Source: a virus | Taxonomy: Duplodnaviria > Caudoviricetes | IMG/VR virus record: IMGVR_UViG_3300025646_000013 | Location: 40,281-104,280 of that record | Length of the DNA: 64,000 nucleotides | Strand: one strand, 5' to 3' | Shown: positions 11,471-25,173 of the stretch, in pieces | Position numbering within the stretch: the stretch's first letter is position 1 | Layout: each line of letters begins with the position of its first letter | Translations under genes and position numbers: made by a program | The notes under the pieces: model-generated | Databases searched by the model: none | What the model was told of the DNA's origin: nothing | What the model saw: only the letters and a program-made list of their open reading frames with translations

Positions 11471-13559
11471 TTACTCAAATACAGCTAAATACTTAGTGCC
11501 ATTAAACCAATTTTCTAAAAATGTTTTTCCATTTTTTTCTACTTCCTTTGAATCCTGGTTAAGTGTATTGGATTTTCGTGATTTGGCTTTGACTTTTTGC
11601 ATTATCCAATCTCTCAATGTTCCTTCTGATTTGTTAGTCATTTTTTGATATACGGAAAGAACATCTTCAAATTGCATATTTGAGTAGTTAGTACTGGATA
11701 TAAATCCATATTTTAGATAATTATCACCCCATGGTTCTATCGGCAAATCTTGTACTGGTTGCTTAAAATTAAATCTATTTATTTTACTTCTTAATAAATA
11801 AACTTGATTTGTTAAATTCCAAAGTCTTTTATCAAATTTATCAATACCAAACCCTGGTTGACCAGAAGCGCACCTAGCATTAATTTCTGCGTCTATAGAA
11901 CTTTCTGGAATATCTTGCTTATCTGGAAGAGCCAATTTCCAGTATTGTGTTTGAAATTTTTCAGGAAGAAGAAGTTGACAATTTGCCGATCCTCCGTCTT
12001 TTATTGCTGTAGATATTTGCCATAAACCTATAGCGCCCCATTTTTCTTGAACTATGTAAAGTTTTCTCTGAGATTCTCTATTGGCCAATCCAACAAAAAT
12101 AGCTGCCGCTTCTGGAGTAAACAAGCCGACATTTACAAGTGCATTAAAAATATCTTCTGGAGATATTTGTTGAGAATTATTAGTATAATCTTTTGTTAAT
12201 AAATTTGTTGAAGAAATTCTTCTTGTTCTTAAAAAAGAATCTTGATATTCAATTCCATTTTCATTTGATTCAGATGAAGAATTGGAAGAAGCGCTAGTCA
12301 AAGATCCTTGTCCATTGTAGATGCCGCCTCTAGCTGGAGAAAAACTTACATGTATATGATCATCATGACCAGAAAAATCTCTTTTAAGTTTTACATATTT
12401 TAAATTTGTATACTTTGTATCTAAAGATGTAGTTTTTGGCGTATATGTATCATACGAAGCGTCTACAAATTTAGCTGATACACAAATAAAATCTGGAATA
12501 AGGTGCAGCGGCATTGCGTTAAGTTTTGCTAAAAACAAATTAAGTTGATATTGATAACCCTCTTTAGTTGTTATCTTGTTCAAATTTTTTTCATATTTTC
12601 TTTCGGTTGAATGATTAACCGGAAGAATTGAGGAAAAATCAAAAGCCCTACCAAATGCGTGATCTGTTATAGTGTTTGATGGTGCTCCAGAAGATTTTGG
12701 CGTATCGTTTTGCCTTTGAGTGCCAAAACCTCCAGTTAATTTTAGTGCTGGACCATAAGAATCAGACAAAAGAACTAACAAAAATTCTATTAAAGAAGCT
12801 GATATATACGCTTTTTGAGAGGGTGCTGTAACAATATCTTCGGATATTTTTCTTTCTATTACGTCTTTTGCTCCGCGGCACAGTTGAGCTAGTGTTATAG
12901 AACACTTCAGTATTTGAGTCTCTTATATCAAATTCAAACCCATTTTTAAGTATGCCTTTATCGACTGCTGAAATATTTAACTTTGATGCTAACAACTCTG
13001 CTCTATTTAAATACCAAGTTTTTTCTTGAGCGGTCATATCTTTATCAAGAGCTATTGGCCTTACACCTGCTCCAACAAAACCAGAAGAACCGGCGTAGTC
13101 AACTGATCCATGCGCCAAACCCTCTACTGATGTTGTCTCTGGAGAATATCCGCTTCCATATTTCATCATTAAATTTTCGCTAAATGAATCAACAAGACCA
13201 GCTGACCCCTGCAAACCAATTCCACTTCTGGCAAAAATATTTAATGCTAAAGAAGCGGAGTCCACATTTGGATCATTAGTAATTTTATTTTCTAAAAGTG
13301 TATTTGATAAGCTGTTTAAATTTTCTCTAGCTATATTCATTCTATAAAGATTCCCATAAAGAGTATTTCCCAATAACTCTTTTCCAGAAGCAGCAGATAT
13401 TAAGTCTACGCTTGTTAGGGTTTGACCTTGATACCCTCTATCGGCCAAAGATGTTTTATTAAATGGCTGGCTATTTTTTGGATTAATATTTTTAACTATA
13501 CTCTTAGTTAAAGAAGCGGAGTCGTTTAGGTTTTCTGGCGTAAAATCATAATAAGACAT
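11471..13559 (-). CDS. Tail-associated peptidoglycan hydrolase (Zn peptidase M15-like plus lysozyme/SLT-like), ~695 aa after a +1 shift at CGG 12875-12873
   Basis: The 265-aa and 436-aa ORFs join by skipping the C in GTG CCG CGG AGC. Motifs DHAFGRAFDF (HxxxxxxD) and HDDHIHVSF (HxH); AAIFVGLANRES...GAIGLWQI (lysozyme-like). Confidence 0.7.
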
Positions 13560-13561
13560 TT

Positions 13562-16500
13562 TTAATTTTCACCTACCTTGGTTGGAATTCCCAACGAATC
13601 TACTGCATTATTGACTGAGTTTGATTCTGTCAACAGATCTTTTGCGTACACGCTGGCCAAATTATTAATGACCAATTCCCAATTAAGAGTATACGGAGTG
13701 CCATCATCATAGTACTCGTCCCATAGAACTAATGGCCATTTTGAGGCGGAGGAATATAACTCTTCTAGAATCTTCATCTCAACCATATTTGAGTATATTT
13801 TTTGAGCCGTTATAGTATTAAGGAATCCGCCGTCTATTACTCCGACACTATGATCAACATTTGTCAAAGAATCTACCTGTCCGTAAACTTTTTCGTATAC
13901 CTGATTTACGGCAAATATAGATCCATATAAACTGTCTTTAAATTCTTTTTTAATTTTATCATAATCTAAATTATTTTTAATAAATATATTAAGTACAAAA
14001 CTCTTTATATTAGATAGATTAGTTGAAGATGTTTTATAGAAAATAGTTGCCAAAGTTCTTCCAAAAAGTTCTTTTAGATAGTTATTCTCTGTATTTGTTT
14101 CTGATCCAGGAGCAAAAGTTTCTTCACTAGAATCTGCAGATAGATTTCCATTGGCGTCTTGCTTAATTCTCAACAAAAAGATCTTGTCAGTTAGTGCGTT
14201 TGCAGTAAATGTCGTAGCCTTATAACCGGGAGATTGCTTGTCTATAATCGTTGCTAACACCTCTGTATAATTATCATCTTTGGGATCTCCATATTGAGGT
14301 GTTATCATGGCTTGTTCTGGTGCGTTTATGCCATCAAAACGAACATCAAACTTCTTGCCACTAATTATATCTACAACGGCTATAGTGTCTGCGTCTTTAA
14401 TTCCACTCTTTTTAGCTCCAGCTGATGAGGTTGATGAGCTAATTGGCAAACCTTCTGATGTGTCAAGTTTGCACAAAACCTTAAAGAAAGGTTCAAATGT
14501 AGTTTTTTCTGGACCAAGATTTGACAAGCCCAATACTTTCGAATGCACTAGTGCATTTTCATAACTTATATATCTTACTAGTTCTTTTATTTCAACTTCA
14601 TTCCAGCCAAGACTCTTAAATAAATCATCACTTCTAATATAGGCGTGTCCATCTGCCGTTCTTGCCCTTCTTCTTACCCCAAGTATTCCAGGAAGAAGAG
14701 CCTTTGAATGATATCTTCCAACTACCATTCCCTGATTGTATGATAAGCCGCCGTCCATTGGTTGACCATTTTTATTTAAATACTGAACGTAGGCACCGTG
14801 TTGATCTAAAAGATTATCTCTTACCCATCTCCAGCCCTTCCATAGAAGCTGACCAAATAGTCCAGCTGTTGGTATGGCTACGGCTGCGGCGGCTATTCCA
14901 GTAGTGCCAGCTATTGCTGCCGCACCAACGCCAACACCAGCAGATCCTGTTATTCCACCTATAAATGATGCAATGCCGACAGCTCCGTTATTTCCGTTGA
15001 TTTGAGCTTGTTTTCTAACCTCCTCAGTAAACGAAGGTTCTTCAGAAAAAGAATCGTAAGTCATGGACGCTACAACGTCTTTTACTAGAGCCGAAGCGCC
15101 GTGTGTAAATTTAAGTCCTCCGCATCATCTGTGCGTTGAGATTATCTGCTAGCCTATCTATAGAAATATTTCCTCCTGCAGATATTCCAGAATTGTTTGC
15201 CCTCACAGAATCTAAGAATAGTCTCGTATCGTTTCTTATTGCCTGAGTATTCATCCATGAATCTAGCCAAGAAGTCATAAACCATCTTGCCGGATCATTA
15301 ACAGTAACTAAGGCATTCGGCGTTATTGACGTTATATATCCAAGCTCTGAAGTAAAATGATGAATTACTTGCTCAACTTCAAATATTCCGTACATTCTCT
15401 CGTATACGTCTGCTATGTAAACAAGGTCATGTGGCCTTATATCTCCATTGCCAACTATGAGTAATTCTCCGCCATATATATCTTTAACATTTTCTTTAAG
15501 ATGAGAAAGTGCTATTCTTTTAGCGGCTAGTTCATCTGGGCTTCCAGTAACATTTTTTACAATTCCTCTTGTAGTTTCAAATGGATGCAAAAGTGGATGT
15601 AAGAATCCAAAAAATCCTTCTCCGACAGGATTATCAAAATATATTCCTGTTTCAACAGTTGTTTCATTCATTCTTTCCGGTGACGCTCCTTTATCAAGCG
15701 CAACTGTTACCGGATATTTTCCATCCGAAACCGCTGTTATTACGGTTGAAACATCGTTATTTGTTTCTCTAATCTGATTAGAAAGTATGTGGCTAAATGA
15801 ACTTAGATAGTGTATTCTTTGGAATGGCTCTCTAACTTCTATAACTGGCTCACCGTACTCTCTGGTGAAAGGATTATCAACTGATCTCAATAGAGATCCT
15901 GGCCTACCTAACTTATAATAAATAGAATCATTTAATGCCTTGTTTAATATATTTGCTTGCCTACCAAGCTGACCAGCTTCAGATATTCCATATCCTGCTT
16001 GCATCATATTTAGCTTGAATGTTTGAAGCAATCCAGTTAGAGCGCTGCCCATTGCCGAGAATATAACTCCAACATTTCTATCCCAAAAGTTGTCTACATT
16101 AGAAATTGCTTTAGATACTAAGTTTGTTGCACTACTGCCTTCTCCTCTATTGTTGTAAAGAAGCTGCATAAATTTCTTTTTATCTTTTGCATAAGTATTA
16201 TTTGGATTTATGAAAGCAGCAAATATCTTATCTACTGCTTTAAAATCCCACTGCTCATCTTTACTGCGGAATAAGCCGACTTTTCTTGATGGCTTAAGCA
16301 CTAGCCAGGCCCTTGCGTAAGGATCTTGCCACATAACCTGCCTAAATATACCAACTAGTGTCAAGAACAATTGTCTTGGAGTTTTTATTAATTCGCCGTT
16401 TACCTCAGAACCTCGGACGTTTTCCTCTTCCCCTAATTCTTGCCTAAGAAAACTATCATTATATACTAAAAAGTTTTCTCTAAATTTTGTTATTTTATTT

Positions 16501-19500
16501 TTAACTAATTCATTGAAATATTCTACTAGTCCACCATTTTCAATGGAGGCGTCTATAAAGTTTTTTCTAGCAAACTCTATTGCAAGAGATTCTTGTCCAG
16601 TAATTTCATTTCCAAACAATATGGAAAATTCATCTCTTGCTGAGTCGTTGCTTTCGAAAAACTTTTTGAATACATTATTAGTTGAAGAATCATTGATAAA
16701 CAAATTTTTTATAAAATCAGGAAATTCTTCATCGTTATTTGGATCTAAAGAATATGTTTCGGAAAATATTGCTTGAACAGAATCATATGTATGATAGCCT
16801 ATTCTAAATTGATTCCATATCCCCTCCGCTTCGTCTATTGTTCTACCATTGCCAGCTATGACGGACATATTTAAATCGTAGTCTTCATCGTAGTATTTTC
16901 TAGCCTCAATAGATGTTGAATCAGCTATGCTAAAAACTGGAGCAAAATAAGTATTACCCGTTCCAGCTATGTTGTCTCCTGTTTGAGCGCCAGACGTATT
17001 TAATAAATCTAAACCAATCTGCTTACTTACTGGATCTTCAAAAATACTATTATTACTTGACACTGGCTCGGCGGACAAATATCTTTGAAAATATGTTCTA
17101 TAATTTCCGCCATATTTAGGATCTATTTCAATTAACTTATTGACTGGAGTGTATTCACTTATACTTGTTTTCTCTAATTGAAGCTCTGGTCTTGTTCTAT
17201 AAATAGAATCATTAAAGTCAGTAAGTTCAGCTTGTAAATTTTCTTCAGATTCAAAATTTCCAAAACCTATAACAAAATCATCTAATTCTTTTCCAAGACT
17301 ATCTTTTGCTCTAAACTTTTTAATCGGAACAAACATACTAGTTGCAACGCCTAGGGGAACAGTGTTTGGAACAAAAGCAAAATGGCAATCTTGTGGAACC
17401 GGCATGTCGTTGTAGCCTGCGCCAAAATCTTTTCCAGTTGATGTGGTGCGAAGATTATTCTCACTGGTTAAAATTCCAAGAAAGAAAGCTGCGTCAGGAG
17501 ATACTACTGCTGATATTTCCATATCTGCAAATTCTGGAGTGGTGCTGGGCGAATCGGCGTCATATCCAAAAGTTCCAAAAAGTAATTCTCCAGCTAAGTC
17601 TAAAGAGTCTTCGATAAATCCATCTGCGTTTGAAGTATCTGCAAGTTGTCTAAATACTTTACTTTTTTCCTCTCCCCATAAAAAATAAGCTGGCTTACAA
17701 ACAACTGCAATATTATTTCTGGAATTATATATTAAGACATGAGAATTCTTATAGTCTTTTACTTGCCCTGCTAATTCATTTTTTGCTATTTTTCCAGCAA
17801 AGTATTTCGACCAAAATTTATCAATTTCTTCTGATGATGCGGATGGCAAATATGGCCATCTCATGGCAACATAAAACTGTTCATCTATTGGATTTTCTGG
17901 AGCTGTCCATTCAGAAAAATTAACAACATCACCTTTTTCTGGTAGCGGCATTTCTATCTGTGTTTCCATACTTTCTATTTTTGCATTCGAAAAACTATAA
18001 GAATTTTCAAGTGGATTTGCTGCGCTTAATCCTGAATAATTTCTTGTCTCAAATGTTTCTACGTCTGCTCGAAGCTGCTCTGCAAATTCAATTCCATATA
18101 CTTGTTGAATTGCAGAAGTGTAAGCCGCTCTTCTATCTGTGGCTTCTGTTGTCCTAACATTAACATCATCATAATTAATTAGACCTTTTCCGTACGCCTA
18201 ATTCATCTTTTATTTTTGAAAAGAACGATAGACTATAAGATATTTGATTAAACTGAAATGGATAATCTTCTAGTCTGTATTTAGACTGTATTCCCTTATA
18301 GGCAAAGAGTGGATACCTAAATCTAGACGGAAGTTGAGGTATTTGTACATGATTTGTTTCAGCGTTCTGCTTTGATTTTACTGGCAAGTGGAATCCTATT
18401 GTTACCATGCCTCTATTTTTGGGAAGTCTAGCTACAACTTTTCCAGGTCTTTTTGTAACTGGATCTAAATCAATTATTGTTTGAGATTTAATTGAATCAA
18501 AATTAATTACTTTACCCTTTAAAGCGCCAGAGGCTTGATAATAAGATTGGGACTTTTGTTGCAATACAGCTATTTCTTGCAATGCCTCTATAGGATCTTT
18601 ACTTCTAATAAATGCGTTTGCGTCAGCGTAAGGGCTTACTTGCTGATTTATGTGAGACATTATTTCTGCAAGTCCGTAGTCAGGATCTATTATTTTTGGA
18701 CCGCCGGAAAGACCAAGCTCTAACATCTTTGATTGATTTGGATGCCCAGTTGTTATTGGCACTAAGCCAGAAGTATATAGCCAATGTGGTTTACCGTAAA
18801 ATACTGTTGATCTATCTTCAAATGGCCTTACTGCAACTATGTAATTTGGAAGTAGTCTTGCACACGTCTTAAATAGATCCCAAACTGTCCTCATATAGGT
18901 TTGAGCTCTAAAAGAGACCTCATCAAATCCCGGCATATCGTCGTCATCGTTTGCCGATAGCAGGCCGACCATTCTCATGATATTATTTCCACCTCTACCG
19001 CTAAGCACGCCGAGCAGTCCGACCGTAGACGCTACGCCAATAGCAGGAGCTCCCGCGACTGCCGCTATACCTAAACCTGCAGCGGTTACTGAACTATTTA
19101 GTCCGACTTTGGTTGCGGTTGCACTCTGGCTAGCTATAAGCGAGCCTCCAGAAGTCATATTTTCGACCGCAATTTTTGCGTCTACTCCACTTTCTTGGCC
19201 ATATTTTGATAACAAAGAATTCCAAGTTCTATCCGTTAATCTAGATAAATAGTCTATTCTGTCATTTGGTTGTGATTCTGGAGTTATTGAGGAGACACTT
19301 GTCCATCCATCTCCTAAGTCGCCACCCAAAAATTGAGCTATTCCAGTTCCATTTCCTGGATATATATTTCTCTTAAATACTTCAAGATCTCTTTGGCTTG
19401 AAAAATTCGACCAAAGCTGATTCATTAAACCAAAAACTCCGTCTCTATATTCTGGAGTGCCTGTAATAAAGGCGTCTGATAATTGACCAGCTGCGGATCC

Positions 19501-22500
19501 AATGTTTCCATTCCCAACCAGATTGTAGGCTTCTGCAATTGCGTCAACTCTTGAGAAGTGTTTAATCTCTTCTTCTGTGGAAAGTGGCTCATAAATCATT
19601 GAACCAAAATGTCTTATTCCAAATTTATTTTCAGAAAATACTAATCCCCTATTTGCATAGGCCACTGCTTCTCTGAATCTAGAGGTTCCCATTGAAAGAA
19701 GTCTTACCATTAAATCTCTTGGTTCTGATAGCCAAAGACCAGTATTTATTCCTCCATCAATCTTTCCGCTGTCACCCTTTTTGTTAGTGGAATTAACCAC
19801 TGCGCCTAACTCTATTGCATCTGACTGGGCTGTTACAGTGACAATTTCTCCTTGCTCTACCTCAGTTATAGTTCCATTGAATAGCGTCTGAAGAGAATTT
19901 GGATTTGCTCCATAACCACCCCTCAGATGGACTCTTACTCCAGGTTTTAATCTTATATTCTCAATGTCTACAACGTATTCGTTTTGCATGTGGGCAAGTA
20001 TATTCCTTGCCTTATTTAATGTAACGTCAATGACTGCGGATAATCCCTCTGTTAGACCTGGATTATCTTGAACTCTTTCATCTCCATATTGATCTAAATT
20101 GGGATTAAATATTGAACTTGCTTCTTTTCTTGAAAGCTTTGAATAAAGATTTGATAGTCTAAAAACAAGAGTGTCTCCAACTAAATCCTCAGAAGAAACT
20201 ATTGAGAAGTCTATAATAGATTGAAGACCATAAAAATTGTCAAATAATTTTACGCCCGCTGTCATTCCACCCTCGTCTATTAGCCATAGCATGTAGGTGG
20301 GAAACGCTCTGAGCATTCTTCCTGAGATGTCTCTATACTGAGTATCTACTAGGGTTTTCTCCCAGTGCTCTTCAAGACTACCAGAATACGGCTTTCCATA
20401 TTCAGACATTGGCGTCAATGCGTATACTGAGCTCTTTGTATTAACCTTAGATGGATCCGAATGATCGTCTGTTATGTTTCTTCCTGTTAAAATATTACCT
20501 TTGTCTGTTTTTCTAACATTTCTACCATCTATTGTTAAATAAAATCTTCCATCTTTTTCTGTATCTGTATAGCCAAGGTAAACTTGTGACCCTATGGTCA
20601 TCATTGTTGGAATTTTTGTTGGCTCATCTTGATCTATTATTGGAAAAGTTTGCATGTTTGCTACGAAGTCTAGGTCGTCTAAACTGAAGCTAACCTCATC
20701 TTCTTCTTTTAGGCTATATTTTCCATCTAGAGCAGCTTGAATTTGGGCGAGAAGTTTTTGATTAGAGTAGTCAAGATCTCCAACCTGATAAGGGGCAGAG
20801 CTAACAGCATTAGAGAAAGACGCTTGCGTATCATCTAGTTGTTCGCTAGCATCATATTCAATTGCATCGGTTATAAGTTTCTTATTCTTTTTGACTAATG
20901 TAAAAATAGACAAATCATTACTACTAGATCTTTCAACTAGATTTGGGTTAGTTATATATGCGTTGAAGAACGCAAGAAATGATTCATAACTTATTTGATT
21001 TATTTGTAGATAGGTAATTACTTCATTAACCAAATCTTTTTCAATCTGGACTTTATCGCCCGCATAGTCTGCATAGTTGTAATTATTTGAATATGTTCTA
21101 ATTAAATCTGTTATCTTTTGGCCCACTGGATGACTAACTAGGTCTATCGTTTGTTTGCCAATTCCTTGATTATTTCCCGGAAGGGCCAGTTGCTTTGGCC
21201 TATATTGAATATTATTTATTACATCTTTATCAAACATTTCAAAGCTTCTAAAATAAAAGTCAGGATCCAAATGACCAACTACTTCATTCTTTGCATCTTT
21301 TACTTCTAGAGGAAAATCTGGATAAGCGTTAAATATCCCCCACATTTGCTTTATTCTAAAGAATGGATTTCTCTTTGATCCAAACTCCTCTATTAATTGA
21401 CGCTGCTGCTTAGACGAAAGTTTTTCTCTAGCTTGCTGGAATATATCAAAATCTAACAAAGAAATATTTACATCGTAAACATGCGGATAGTTAGGAACTG
21501 TATTTACCGAGTAATTGGATGGCAATACATATTTAACGCCAGAAAGTGCTGTGATAACATTTTTAATTCCTATGAACCCAAGAACTCCAGTGGAATGCTC
21601 TAGTCTAGATAGTGCATTCACATGATCAAAAATTCTTTTTATTTTATTAAGTTCTGATTCTCCTGTAATTCTCATTGAGATATTTATATAAGTATCTCTT
21701 CCCCCTATATGTTGATAGGTTGGTTCGTCTTGCATTTGAAGCTGCAGTTTTGCGAGATTGTTTCCAAGTGTGACACTGACCCCAGTGACAACTACTGAAG
21801 ATGGATCTAGATCTATTTTAATCATAGGGACTTCCCATTCCCTAAAGGAGAAAGATCCACTTCTTTGTCTTGCGGCCTCCATCAAAGCTTCTATTGGAGC
21901 TGACTTAAAAAACCTTTCGTAAACGAGAATATTAAATCCATCTTTAACTTCTTGCTTAACTCTTTCTTTTAAGTCGTTATATTGTTTTGAATCTTTTTTA
22001 TAGCCAAGTTTCTTTGCTTTTTCTTCTACTATCGCATCAACTTGCGAATCAATTATTGAGGTTGTATTCGTGGAAATCTTTTTAAGAAATTGTTTTGCTT
22101 GAGAAAGGGTTATTCCATCTTCGCCACCTAAATCTTTAGATTGAAATTTATAATTTTTTGGAATAGATCCTGGAGCATTTGTTGAATCAAAATTTCTTAT
22201 ATATTCTGCTTCAGAACCACCTAAGTTATTTTCCTGTACAAATATCGTTGCAACATATGAATAAATTGATCTTTGAGAAGTTTTATCGCTTAAACCAGCC
22301 GTTAACAGATCTAGTGCATTTTTTAAGTGATAATAAACGCTTGGACTTACCGTTGAATTTCTTGATAATTGATATACTCCACTTAATTGGATTCCATATC
22401 CAGCTGATTCATTTAGGTCTATTCCAAAACTATTAAGAAGTTTTGCCCAGAAATCTTCTCCGGAGTCTTTTAGTAGTTTTTCTTCATCTGTTCTAAAAGA

Positions 22501-24708
22501 TGTTGAATCTGGTAAAAATATTTTTGTCTGTGTTTCAGCTGGAATATAAAATGATATATTTTTTCCATCTGTCCATTCACTAATGATATTTGTAATAAAT
22601 TTTTCATCTCTATATACGCTGTCGGTTACTATTGATGCTCCATACGGAGTGACTTTATATTCTACTTCTTTTGTTCCCGGTTTTTCTTTGTCGTTAGATG
22701 TCTTCATTAAGAAAGAACCATTAACGTAATTGTGTAACGCACCCGCTGCCTTACCCATATATTGCCTGTATTTACCCCAATGTATTGCTTGGTTAAAGTC
22801 ATTAATCATTGGCAGGAAGGGTTTATGATTAAAGTTTAAAAGCTCTATATCTACAGCCAGAGCAAACGGAAAGTTAGGCACTGTGGATATAGACATGCTA
22901 GAAAGAGCAACTGCAGTTATTCCATGAATTCTATTTAAATAATCATTTCTTATTGGCAAAAACGGCGAATATTTAAATGCAGCTATTAAACCTCTAAGCG
23001 AAGAAAGAAACTTATCTATTTTTTGATTACTTGATCCATCAGAACCAAAGTCGATTTGAAAATTATCATTCAAAGTTATTTTAGAGGCGTCGTCAATTGA
23101 TATTCCCCAAATTTCTTCATAGTTTGGAAAGAACAACTTAATTCTAATAGAAGTTTCTTTGTAGCCTGAATTAAATTTTGGACTACTTTTTTGCCTCAAT
23201 GCACCACCGGTCAAGCTGCCTGTTTTGAAAAACGTGTTAATGTCTATTGTCAACGGTGGAACGTAAAAATTTGAAGCGCCCAAACGAAGATGGAATATAT
23301 CTGGAGAAGTAGGCTGAATATTAGCCCTATAAGGAGAAGCGTCTAACGCCGCTTTCATTTTTTTAGCTGTGTTTTCGTAATTAGCTGCTAATTGAAATAT
23401 AGATCCAGTGATGTCTTTTCCATTAAAGTCTACGGTTCTGCCAAATGCTTTTTCTAAAGATTTAATAAAATCTTGTAAGCTGTTTACTGTATCTTCTTCT
23501 CCGCCACCCCTGCCACCGTTTGAATAGTCTACAGTTACTGCTATGGATTCAAAAAAGAAACTAACTAAACTTGGAAAATACGCATTAACTATGCCAAGGG
23601 TTATCGGATCTCTAGATAAATATTGAACTGCTTCATTCAATTGGGATAGCCACGGCAAGTCTCTTACTGGATCTTGTGAGTCCAATGGAGATCTCTTGAG
23701 TTGCTCTACCGAAGAAAGTCTTTGACGGGCAAATTCCGATATTGAGCCCGCATACGACGCCAATCTCAGTAGGCCGCTTTGCTCAATTTTACTAAACAAA
23801 GAATTTAATGCAACACTATTGAGCGTAGAAGCTCTTTCTATTTCAGCTCCTCTAAAAGTTCCCGAAAAAAAATTCTTTTTTGTTTCAGAGATTAGATTAA
23901 TATTTGATTCTAAAAATGCTTTCTGAATTAATCCACTATAAATTGATTCTACTTGACTATTATTGTCATTATTTTTATTGATTGCTGCCCTAATGAAATC
24001 ACCTAAAGCAGTGCTCTCTTCGACTAAATAAGAGGTTGGTTCCCATTCGTATTCTTCTGTTAAAAACGCCTTTTCAAGTTCGATTAAAAATTGTTCATCA
24101 GTTCTATTTGCTCTTCCTTCTTTTGCTTTTATCCAATTGTTTACTCGGGTAGCCATTGCGTATTTGACTATTAGAGCTATAGATGTAGCTTCTCCTGCAC
24201 TTGGGAATTTTTTGTATGTTCTTCCACTTGCGTTTGTTTCGTAGAACGCATCATATTTATAGAAATAAGTATCATAAAAATGTTTTCTTATTTCACTTGG
24301 AGTATTTAGTGCCGCTTCTTTATGTAAATTCTTGTAGTATCTCTGTACACTCTCACTTATATCTATATCAAAATTATGTTTTCCATCTGCTAGTATAAAT
24401 TCATTTACACAAGCGTTAAGTGTGCCGATTAGAAAATCGTCATCAGGATCAAAGGTAAATATTTTTTTAGGAGAATCTGATAACGCAAATTCGAGAAGAT
24501 CTCTTTCCTCTCCTTTTGTTCCAAGTCTAGTTGAGAACTGTCCGCTATTTAGGAAGCTTTCAAAATCATCTAAAGTCCTATTGCTGATAATTAGTTTAAA
24601 TGGGCCACTCAAAAAAGCTTGTACGCCTATTATTTCTTTGACGCCATTTTGCGTTTGAGAATATAAAGAATTTAAGTAGTTTATTGTTGTTAAACTTATA
24701 TTCGACAT
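13562..24708 (-). CDS. Giant baseplate hub/tail protein (~3714 aa) with C-terminal SNase-like domain; two +1 shifts at CGG 18192-18190 and 15122-15120
   Basis: The 2177-, 952- and 500-aa ORFs join through stop-free +1 bridges of 74 and 19 codons. Hub-like motifs LKPGVRVHLRGGYG..LFNGTITEV and GELLIVGNGDIRPHDLVYI..GIFEVEQVIHHF. SNase-like DADT..VRFDGINAPE..FGRTLA. Confidence 0.7.
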
Positions 24709-24711
24709 ATT

Positions 24712-25161
24712 TTACACTAGGTTGTTTCTTTTGTTAATTTCTTTTATTCTTTCAGAAGAAGAACTGCTTTCGCCAATTCTAGCATTGTTATTCATTATAC
24801 TAGATCTACCTGGTTTTGTAAATGATAATGAACTTGCAGCTCCGGCGTGACTAGCCGTTGCTTTATTGTATCTTGCTTTTTGTACGCTTGGATTTAAATA
24901 TCCAGAATTATTCATTTGTATGTGGGTTGCCGCACCGTGCATGTACCCCTCAAAGGAGCCTTTTACTGGATCTGATTTTGTGGGTCTTTGTGAGTGGCTG
25001 ACTGATTTTGGACCAGACTCGTCAGCTCCTACTGAAGTATTTTTACTTGATGCAATAGCAGCTGCATACTTATTTGATGTTTCGGTTCTTGGAGATGTAT
25101 CTACCCTTTTTGAGGCGGCATCTTTTAGATTTTTATTTTGTGTGTCTGCACCAAAAATCAT
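24712..25161 (-). CDS. Hypothetical Ser/Lys-rich protein
   Basis: 149-aa ORF tightly packed in the structural operon. Confidence 0.6.
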   Translation of the reverse strand: MIFGADTQNKNLKDAASKRVDTSPRTETSNKYAAAIASSKNTSVGADESGPKSVSHSQRPTKSDPVKGSFEGYMHGAATHIQMNNSGYLNPSVQKARYNKATASHAGAASSLSFTKPGRSSIMNNNARIGESSSSSERIKEINKRNNLV

Positions 25162-25173
25162 AATAAACTAACC

